IMG/VR virus record: IMGVR_UViG_3300028416_000004
Coordinates: 168,515 to 232,514 of that record
DNA: 64,000 nucleotides
Strand: one strand, 5' to 3'
Under the pieces are notes generated by a model. That model was not told the origin of the DNA, searched no databases, and was given only the letters and a program-made list of their open reading frames with translations. Both the position numbers and the translations under genes were made by a program. Shown here one piece after another: positions 57,790-64,000 of the stretch. Each line of letters opens with the position of its first letter. Position 1 is the stretch's first letter.

Positions 57790-58211
57790 TGATGAAAACT
57801 AATTATGATATAAATTCTGAATTAATAAAAAATAAATTTTTTATTTCTGTTGAATTAAAATATAAAGATAGCTTTTTTGATGATAAATATAATTTAAAAG
57901 GATTTGTAAGTGAAAATAAAATAACCTTTTCTGTATACAAAAATAAAAAACAAATGGAAAAGGCATCTTTTGTTTTAGAAGAGAGTTTAGATAACAATAC
58001 TTTTTTGAAAGAGTTAAGTGATAGTATAAAAGATTATGATTTAATGGAAGATTTCAAAAAGAATCATTTCAATGATTTTTCTAAAGAATTATCCGAATAT
58101 ATTAAGAAAGATAATTCATCTATTATTTTGAATAACAAGCTAGTAGAAGGTTATAAAACAAAAATGCAATCAGTAGCTGGAATAAGGGGTGTCAATCAAA
58201 GTTTAAGATAA
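57789..58211 (+). CDS. Hypothetical protein (C-terminal KMQSVAGI motif)
   Basis: 140-aa ORF coupled to the previous stop (TAATG). Confidence 0.6.
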   Translation: MMKTNYDINSELIKNKFFISVELKYKDSFFDDKYNLKGFVSENKITFSVYKNKKQMEKASFVLEESLDNNTFLKELSDSIKDYDLMEDFKKNHFNDFSKELSEYIKKDNSSIILNNKLVEGYKTKMQSVAGIRGVNQSLR

Positions 58212-58212
58212 T

Positions 58213-59163
58213 ATGTTGATAAAAAAAGGTGACAAAGGAAAAAAAGTAAAAGAAATACAAAAGGCATTAGGTTTAAAAGATGATGGTATTTTCGGTTCAA
58301 ATACCGAAAGAGCTGTTAAAAAATTTCAAAAAGAAAATAGCCTTAAAGATGATGGTATTGTAGGTAAAAAAACATATCAAAAACTCCTAAAGTTAGATAC
58401 AGACAGACAAGGTTTTGATGATTCTAATGATACAGATAATAAATTAAATTATTTAGGCTCTTATGAAACGAGTTTAGGGTTAAAAATAGATAAGGCATAT
58501 TTGGACTCTGATGAATATGTTAAAGATTATGGTAAAATAGAACCAGAAAGTTTCTTTATACATCATACAGCTGGGTGGAATAACCCTTATAGTACAATTA
58601 ATAGTTGGAATATAGATGCTAGAGGGAGGATTGCTACACAATTTTGTATAGGTGGAACTAGCATAAAAAATGGAGATGATACATATAACGGAAAAGTTGT
58701 AGAGTGTTTTCCAAATAACTATATAGGTTGGCATTTAGGTAAAGTTGGAAATTTTAGTGTTTCTAAAAAATCAGCAGGAGTTGAAATTAATAATTTTGGA
58801 TACGTAACAAAGAAAGGTAATAAATTTTATAATTATGTAAATATTGAAGTACCTGAAGAAATGGTTTGTGATTTAGGTTATAAATTTAGAGGTCATCAAT
58901 ATTGGCATGCTTACACTAAAGAACAGATAGATTCTTTAAGGTTGTTAATAAATCATGTTTCAGAAATATACCCTAAAATAGATGTTAAATCAGGTTTAAC
59001 TAAATTATTAAAAGATGGTGTAGAACCTAAAGAAGCATTTGATTTTAATGAAGAAGCTTATAATGGTAGGATAAAAGGTTTATGGTCTCATACAAATGTG
59101 AGAAAAGATAAATTTGATATGTACCCTTGCCCTATGTTAGTTGAAATGTTGAGAAACTTATAA
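58213..59163 (+). CDS. Endolysin: peptidoglycan-binding domain plus N-acetylmuramoyl-L-alanine amidase (Amidase_2)
   Basis: IKKGDKG..VKEIQKALG...DGIFG..TERAVKKFQ...DGIVG..T (PG_binding_1); FIHHTAG, GVEINN and SHTNVRKDKFD zinc-amidase motifs. Confidence 0.9.
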   Translation: MLIKKGDKGKKVKEIQKALGLKDDGIFGSNTERAVKKFQKENSLKDDGIVGKKTYQKLLKLDTDRQGFDDSNDTDNKLNYLGSYETSLGLKIDKAYLDSDEYVKDYGKIEPESFFIHHTAGWNNPYSTINSWNIDARGRIATQFCIGGTSIKNGDDTYNGKVVECFPNNYIGWHLGKVGNFSVSKKSAGVEINNFGYVTKKGNKFYNYVNIEVPEEMVCDLGYKFRGHQYWHAYTKEQIDSLRLLINHVSEIYPKIDVKSGLTKLLKDGVEPKEAFDFNEEAYNGRIKGLWSHTNVRKDKFDMYPCPMLVEMLRNL

Positions 59164-59196
59164 TCAATAGTTAATTTTTAATTCATATTTATTAAT

Positions 59197-59406
59197 ATGG
59201 AAAATATATATGTTATATCAGAATCTAACAATAAACCTTTATCTAAAACTGAGATTAAAAAAATTATACAATCTGAATTAGAAAAGGCTTTTAAAAAGTC
59301 TAACATTTTAAATAAAGAAGATGTTAGAAAAATTGTTAAAGATATGATGATTAAGCAGTATAAGTTTTTCTGGGAAAAGAAAAGTTTTTGGGCAAATAGC
59401 ATTTAG
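59197..59406 (+). CDS. Small hypothetical protein
   Basis: 69 aa with TATTTAT at 59186-59192. Confidence 0.6.
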   Translation: MENIYVISESNNKPLSKTEIKKIIQSELEKAFKKSNILNKEDVRKIVKDMMIKQYKFFWEKKSFWANSI

Positions 59407-59407
59407 T

Positions 59408-59620
59408 ATGAATAAAAAAGAATTAAAAGATTTAATAGATTTAGAAGTTTCTAAAGTTTTTGCTGATATGGTTTATAAAGAACCTAAAGAAGAACCTAAA
59501 GAAGAACCTAAAGAGGAAAATAGTAACAACAATATGATTCAAACTAAAAAAGTAGGTTTAACTGAAGAAGAGTTAGATGAAATATTGTTTTACGGAGGAA
59601 AAAAAGAAAAAGAAGATTAA
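59408..59620 (+). CDS. Small acidic hypothetical protein with KEEP repeat
   Basis: 70 aa; 12-bp repeat AAGAACCTAAAG x3 at ~59478-59513. Confidence 0.55.
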   Translation: MNKKELKDLIDLEVSKVFADMVYKEPKEEPKEEPKEENSNNNMIQTKKVGLTEEELDEILFYGGKKEKED

Positions 59621-59621
59621 G

Positions 59622-60122
59622 ATGGCAACAAACATTACAACAGCAGAAGTGAAAGAATTGCAAAAACAATTTATTGAAAAAATTGGAGATTATGCAGTTA
59701 AATTTGATGATATTTCTCTTTATAAAGGATATAGTGGACAAGATGCAGTTTTTTCTGGTAAAATATTATTAGAGAAAGATTATAGTATATCTTGGTCTTT
59801 TTCTCTTGTGGATGGAATAAAAATATTAGAAGCTAATTTTGTTATTAACGATAAAAATAGAAATATATTACAAAATCTACAAGATATTTATCAAATATTT
59901 TATGAAAAATTTAATCAATTAATAAGAGATATTGAGATAGATTCAGATGTGGAAGGTTTAAGTGATGAAAGGATTAATATGACACAATCTTCAGAGGAGG
60001 AAAGTTCTCAAGAAGAAGAGGAAGAAAATATGTCAATAACAGAATCTAGATTAGTAAAAAATAGAGCTAAGTTAATTAATTCTAGTTATGAAAGAATGAA
60101 AAAATTATCAGGAATTAAATAA
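59622..60122 (+). CDS. Hypothetical protein (C-terminal RMKKLSGI motif)
   Basis: Start moved from 59577 to Met 59622 (MATNIT) to avoid overlapping the upstream gene. Confidence 0.65.
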   Translation: MATNITTAEVKELQKQFIEKIGDYAVKFDDISLYKGYSGQDAVFSGKILLEKDYSISWSFSLVDGIKILEANFVINDKNRNILQNLQDIYQIFYEKFNQLIRDIEIDSDVEGLSDERINMTQSSEEESSQEEEEENMSITESRLVKNRAKLINSSYERMKKLSGIK

Positions 60123-60142
60123 AAAAACAAAAATTATAAAAC

Positions 60143-60178
60143 AAAAAAAAACGCTCACTTAAATGGGCGTTTTTTTTT
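60143..60178. terminator. Bidirectional intrinsic terminator
   Basis: A-run, ACGCTCA-N6-TGGGCGT, T-run between convergent genes. Confidence 0.8.
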
Positions 60179-60193
60179 GTTTTATATAGATAA

Positions 60194-60547
60194 TTAGTTT
60201 TTAATTATCTTCCAACTTTCTAGAGGGTTAGTTTCATATTTTAAAGGTGTCTCTCTATAAATTATAAATTTAAAACTCCTTCCAGGATTAAGAGTATCAT
60301 TACCTTGAATTTTTATGTAATCTCCATCTTTTAACTTTTCGCTTTCAGCAGCGTCAACTATTTTAAATAAATCATCTAATTGTCTTTCCATTTTAATAGT
60401 CACACCTTCAAAATTTAAAATGACAGTTTCACCTGGCTTACTATCAAAAATACTTTCTGAAGAAGTAGGATTTTCTTTTACATGAGAAGTCATTTCTTCG
60501 TATGATTCTCTTATTAATTGTCTTATTAGTTCTTTAGTAATTTTCAT
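60194..60547 (-). CDS. Hypothetical protein (ELIRQLIRES motif)
   Basis: 117 aa with the late-type motif at 60577-60584. Confidence 0.6.
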   Translation of the reverse strand: MKITKELIRQLIRESYEEMTSHVKENPTSSESIFDSKPGETVILNFEGVTIKMERQLDDLFKIVDAAESEKLKDGDYIKIQGNDTLNPGRSFKFIIYRETPLKYETNPLESWKIIKN

Positions 60548-60622
60548 TTTTATTTATTTTATAAAAAAATCTTTATTATAAATATTAGGTTTTTTTGTTT
60601 TTTATTTATAAATTGCATAATT

Positions 60623-62521
60623 ATGACTTCAAATACAATTATTATTACAAAACTCAAAACAAATTATAAAATAGAATATAATTTTAGAAAAAATTTGAGT
60701 GACTTCATAAAAAGTTTTCCAGAAGACCAAAGGAAAATACAAGTAGAATATATACAAAATTCAGACGGTAGTACGTATGAAAATTGGTATAGAATAGTTT
60801 CTTCTGGATATATAGGTAAAGTTGTATCTTTTATAAAAGATAATGGTTTTCCATTTAAGTTTACTAATTTAACAAATGAAGAAGTTGAAGAATTAAGAAA
60901 AGAGTTTGAAAAGAGACAAGAATCTTTACTTAAAGCTTTATCTATGAAAACTGAAAATATAGATACTTCTCATATTGATTTTTCTTTTATGAATATAGAG
61001 CCATATGAATACCAAAAGAAAGCTGCTGTTTTTTTTGACACTTGTAATGGAAAAGCCTTACTTGGAGACCAACCAGGGGTAGGAAAAACTGCCTCTGCTA
61101 TGACTTACGCTGCTTGGAAAAAAAAGAAGACTCTAATAGTTTGTCCAGCAAACTTAAGACTTAATTGGAGGAGTGAAATACTTAAGTTTACTAAAGAGAA
61201 GGCGTTTGTTTATAAGTGGAAACCAACAAAAAAGTCAAAGAAAATAAATCACTCAAAAGATGAATCTATGTTCCACATAATAAGTTATAGTTCATTAGAC
61301 ACTTATATAACTATAGAGATGTCTCACAAATGTAAAAATGTATTTTGTGGCTGGAGTGAAAGAAATAGTAAAAAAAGATACAAAGATAAAGTTTGTCCAA
61401 GTTGTGGTGTTAGGAATATGGTAAATTCAAGAGCTACAAAAAATATATCCTTCACCCCAGACAAAGAAGGTCATCAATTGAATCCAAAAGATTATGAAAT
61501 ATTAATAATGGATGAAGCTCACTACATTAAAAACGACTCTGCAGATAGAACTAAATTAGCAAAGAAAACTTTAAAAGAAATACCTCAAAGATTATTATTG
61601 ACAGGCACAGCAATAAAAAGTAGACCATATGAATTTTATTCTTTGTTGAATTTTTTATATCCAGAAGAATGGAGTAATGCTCATTCATTTGGAATGAGGT
61701 ATTGTGCTGCAGAAAAGAATAATTTTGGATGGGATTATTCAGGTGCTTCTAATTTGGATGAATTATTTGAAAAGATTTCACCTTTCTTCTTGAGAAGATT
61801 AAAAAAAGATATATTAAAACATTTACCCCCAAAAACATATACAGTAATACCTATAGAGCTTAGTTCTTCTGAAATGTCTGAATATAACAAAATAAAAAAA
61901 GGAATTAAAGAAGAAATGAGTCAAGATGATAAAAATGCAGACAATAGAATGAATCACTTGACTAGGATTCAAAAGTTAAAAATGTTTACATCTGAAATAA
62001 AAATGAAAAAAGCTTTTGAGTTTATTCAAGATATCATAGATGGAGATGAAAAAGTTGTAGTATTTACTCAATATAAAAGTATTTCATATGAGGTAGTAAG
62101 CAAATTTGGAGACAAAGCAGTTGTTTTTAATGGAGATATAAATGCTAACAAAAAAGAAGAAGCAGTAGAAGCTTTTATGGATGATAAAAATATAAAGGTT
62201 TTTTCTGGTACAATTGGAGCGGCAGGTGTAGGAATAACTTTAACCTCTGCTAGTATTTCAATTTTTATAGACCAACCTTGGACTAGTGCTGATAGAGAAC
62301 AAGCAGAAGATAGAATACATAGAGCTTCTTCAAAAGCGGATAAAATACAAATAATTAGATTGGTCTGTCAAGATACTATAGATGAAGATATCGAAAAGTT
62401 GTTAAATCAAAAATCTTCAATTTTATCTAAAGTGTTAGATGGAAAAGAATTTGAGGAAACAGTAGAAGTTAAAGATGGTAGTATTTTTAATGATTTAGTA
62501 AGTTTGTTATATAATTCTTAA
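60623..62521 (+). CDS. SNF2/SWI2-family (SF2) helicase/annealing ATPase with Zn-finger insert
   Basis: LGDQPGVGKT, DEAH, LLTGT, LRRLKKDI, AAGVGITL and QAEDRIHR motifs; C.{4}C...C..C insert. Confidence 0.9.
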   Translation: MTSNTIIITKLKTNYKIEYNFRKNLSDFIKSFPEDQRKIQVEYIQNSDGSTYENWYRIVSSGYIGKVVSFIKDNGFPFKFTNLTNEEVEELRKEFEKRQESLLKALSMKTENIDTSHIDFSFMNIEPYEYQKKAAVFFDTCNGKALLGDQPGVGKTASAMTYAAWKKKKTLIVCPANLRLNWRSEILKFTKEKAFVYKWKPTKKSKKINHSKDESMFHIISYSSLDTYITIEMSHKCKNVFCGWSERNSKKRYKDKVCPSCGVRNMVNSRATKNISFTPDKEGHQLNPKDYEILIMDEAHYIKNDSADRTKLAKKTLKEIPQRLLLTGTAIKSRPYEFYSLLNFLYPEEWSNAHSFGMRYCAAEKNNFGWDYSGASNLDELFEKISPFFLRRLKKDILKHLPPKTYTVIPIELSSSEMSEYNKIKKGIKEEMSQDDKNADNRMNHLTRIQKLKMFTSEIKMKKAFEFIQDIIDGDEKVVVFTQYKSISYEVVSKFGDKAVVFNGDINANKKEEAVEAFMDDKNIKVFSGTIGAAGVGITLTSASISIFIDQPWTSADREQAEDRIHRASSKADKIQIIRLVCQDTIDEDIEKLLNQKSSILSKVLDGKEFEETVEVKDGSIFNDLVSLLYNS

Positions 62522-62550
62522 AAAAAATAAAAAAAAAAAATAAAAAAATA

Positions 62551-62581
62551 TTTGTTTTTTTGTAATGAACAATTAAATTTG
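62551..62581 (+). promoter_or_regulatory. Bacteroidota primary-sigma promoter driving the tRNA cluster
   Basis: TTTG (62551-54)-N19-TAAATTTG (62574-81), a full consensus match. Confidence 0.75.
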
Positions 62582-62627
62582 TCGTTATATAATAAAAAGC
62601 TCTTTGAAATAATGGAGATAATTAAAA

Positions 62628-62702
62628 GCTCCCATCGTCTATCGGTTAGGACATCAGGTTTTCATCCTGAAAAGCGGGGTTCGATTCCCCGTGGGAGTAC
62701 CA
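62628..62702 (+). tRNA. tRNA-Glu (TTC), CCA encoded
   Basis: Acceptor GCTCCCA/TGGGAGT; anticodon arm TCAGG-TTTTCAT-CCTGA; T-arm GCGGG-TTCGATT-CCCGT-like; ends ACCA. Confidence 0.92.
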
Positions 62703-62749
62703 CTTGTTTTTAATTTCATTATCACAAATAAGTGAAATATATAATATAT

Positions 62750-62821
62750 TGCGTGAAAGTGTAAAAGGTTGCATGGGACGCTCATAACATCTACGGGGTG
62801 GTTCGAATCCACAACACGCTA
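62750..62821 (+). tRNA. Degenerate tRNA with CAT anticodon (Met-like; possibly a pseudo-tRNA)
   Basis: Cloverleaf with CTCATAA loop and GGTTCGAATCC T-arm, but mismatches at 1:72, 7:66, 30:40 and 49:65, A at position 8, and no CCA. Confidence 0.55.
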
Positions 62822-62870
62822 CAAAGATTTAGAGTAATTAACTAAATCTTGTCTAGTTCGAAATAGACGA

Positions 62871-62944
62871 TTGAATATAGTGTAAGAGGCACGGAAAAAG
62901 GTAATACGGACTCAAGATTAAGGTTCGATTCATTATTATTCAAC
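62871..62944 (+). ncRNA. tRNA-like element lacking a foldable anticodon arm
   Basis: TTGAATA/TATTCAA acceptor-like stem, TA-GTGT..GCAC D-arm, GGTTCGATTC T-loop; the 25-nt middle has no stem. Confidence 0.45.
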
Positions 62945-63160
62945 TAGTGAGTAAGAGGTGCTCATAGAGTTTGTAGGTAACTCCACAACAAAACCTTCCC
63001 CCAAAGTCTCATGTAGGGTTATGAGTGAGGTATGTGGAATCAGGGCGGAAAGTCCTCCTACCCCCACATTAAGGACTGACGTTTTCAGTGGGTAAGACCA
63101 ACAGGTTTTAGAAAAAGGAAAAAACCGATATATCTAGCATATGTAATCTCAATATGTGAC
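62945..63160 (+). ncRNA. Unassigned structured RNA candidate A
   Basis: GC-richer intergenic stretch with several stems and a loop-bulge pairing GTAGG/CCTAC (see findings). Confidence 0.5.
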
Positions 63161-63164
63161 ATTT

Positions 63165-63238
63165 GCACCCATAGCTCAGCTGAATAGAGCAATTCACTTC
63201 TAATGAATAGGTCCCAGGTTTGAATCCTGGTGGGTGTA
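63165..63238 (+). tRNA. tRNA-Arg (TCT)
   Basis: GCACCCA/TGGGTGT acceptor; ATTCA-CTTCTAA-TGAAT anticodon arm; CCAGG-TTTGAAT-CCTGG T-arm. Confidence 0.9.
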
Positions 63239-63424
63239 CTAAAAAAAGTGATAAGTTCCAAACAAATAATTAGCTCTACCAGGGCACAAATCCGTGTGAG
63301 GTTATCTAATGTGAGGAATTTCTTTTAATATCACACCTATACATAGGTCGAAAAGATATATAAAAAATGGATTTATTTAATACTAGTCAAAATAAATTGT
63401 TTATATTAAAAGATAGCTTTTTAA

Positions 63425-63498
63425 GGTCCTTTAACTCAGTTGGTTAGAGTAACTGACTCATAATCAGTAGGTCGATGGTTCGAGTCCATCAAGGACCA
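63425..63498 (+). tRNA. tRNA with CAT anticodon, most likely Ile2 (lysidine-modified)
   Basis: GGTCCTT/AAGGACC acceptor with C4-G69 and C5-G68 (TilS determinants in E. coli); ACTGA-CTCATAA-TCAGT arm. Confidence 0.85.
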
Positions 63499-63512
63499 CA
63501 TATTAAACTAGT

Positions 63513-63785
63513 CTCCAGAAACTTCTTTTATGTAAAGCCTAAGTTGCTAAGGTAAGAATGATAGCAGTTTCTCACAATCGATTAAGCACTACATGACAAT
63601 TGTGAGGATGTAGTAATAAACTTGCATAATAAGAAGTTTCAAATGGAGTATTTCACATTGTCGGTTTGGTGGATGTGATACACGACCCTTAGACGTAAGG
63701 GCTACTCTTAATAATAAGTTGTAATCGCCCAGGGTAACGGGGACAACCAATATAGAGAAAAGCAGTTAAAATCTGTAGGCCGACA
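63513..63785 (+). ncRNA. Unassigned structured RNA candidate B (pseudoknotted domain plus multibranch domain)
   Basis: Long-range stems 63513-35/63622-48 and 63659-68/63776-85; H-type pseudoknot at 63571-63614. Confidence 0.65.
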
Positions 63786-63799
63786 CATTATTTATAAAC

Positions 63800-63873
63800 T
63801 CCTCCTTAGTTCAGTTGGTTAGAACATTTGACTGTTAATCAAAGGGTCCTTGGTTCGAGTCCAAGAGGGGGAG
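63800..63873 (+). tRNA. tRNA-Asn (GTT)
   Basis: TCCTCCT/AGGGGGA acceptor with G73; TTTGA-CTGTTAA-TCAAA arm; CTTGG-TTCGAGT-CCAAG T-arm. Confidence 0.92.
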
Positions 63874-64000
63874 CTTTTTTTTTTTAAAAAAATGTTAAAT
63901 ATATTTATTCTTTTTTTTACGATTATTTCTTTTAATAAACTTTATACCTCTAGAATATTTTTCTCTATGCCTAATCATAGCGTTTTTCATTCTTAAATCT

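Noticed and set aside
3918-59741. Other short ORFs nested in or antisense to long genes (3918, 10391, 11552, 14163, 17019, 18992, 20242, 21583, 23270, 30761, 32937, 33411, 34370, 35330, 37859, 38678, 39581, 43516, 49673, 49900, 50030, 54992, 56506, 57803, 58480, 59178, 59544)
   Set aside because: They overlap better-supported genes, have biased F/L/I/S shadow composition and show no motifs.
63043-63110. RNase P RNA (GGAAAGTCC resembles CR-I and could pair with AGGTTTT at 63103-09 as a P4-like helix with a bulged U)
   Set aside because: Only ~50 nt separate the two strands, leaving no room for CR-II to CR-IV or the S-domain, and a local hairpin (AGGGC/GTCCT) explains the sequence equally well.
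63239-63424. HDV-like theta ribozyme after a tRNA 3' end
   Set aside because: I could not build the nested double pseudoknot (no P2 partner for the strand preceding the candidate P3); a covariance-model search would be needed to exclude it fully.
63513-63785. tmRNA or group I/II intron
   Set aside because: There is no tRNA-like domain with G3:U70, a T-arm and CCA, no convincing tag frame, no P7 (GACUA/UAGUC) or domain V signatures, and the flanking tRNAs are uninterrupted.
1-64000. Stop-codon reassignment (alternative genetic code)
   Set aside because: Genes are long and tile densely in the standard code, TAG is used as a real stop (45727, 59406), and no suppressor-anticodon tRNA is seen.

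Overview
This 64-kb window looks like part of a large, very AT-rich (about 25% GC by eye) contractile-tailed dsDNA phage genome, read in the standard genetic code. It contains no host housekeeping block, integrase, transposase, CRISPR array or reverse transcriptase. A Bacteroidota host is inferred from TTG/TTTG-N19-20-TAnnTTTG promoters ahead of the primase and tRNA genes and from A-rich leaders without Shine-Dalgarno sequences. Layout: (1) 1-14 kb: baseplate and tail genes (gp5-like OB-fold spike, gp6/J-like wedge, gp25-like, DNRLRE- and Calx-beta-containing proteins). (2) 14-18.4 kb: accessory enzymes (J-domain protein, PrsW protease, DOT1-like methyltransferase, a stand-alone AlaRS catalytic core, a DUF2827-like protein). 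(3) 18.4-27.6 kb: a minus-strand array of small-partner plus adhesin (LamG, DUF285/BspA-like) cassettes with a shared N-terminal peptide, a fixed-spacing 12-mer and internal terminators. (4) 27.7-45.7 kb: fibre and baseplate genes. (5) 45.9-51 kb: RuvC-like resolvase, primase and an Mre11-Rad50 (SbcD-SbcC) fusion. (6) 51-60.5 kb: probable head-packaged proteins, including a ParB-like/kinase/ADP-ribosyltransferase/WYL polyvalent protein, plus an endolysin. (7) An SNF2 helicase. (8) A tRNA cluster (Glu, Arg, Ile2, Asn and two degenerate tRNA-like elements) interleaved with unassigned structured RNAs, one with a clear H-type pseudoknot. All family calls come from recognising motifs by eye; no database search or folding program was run.
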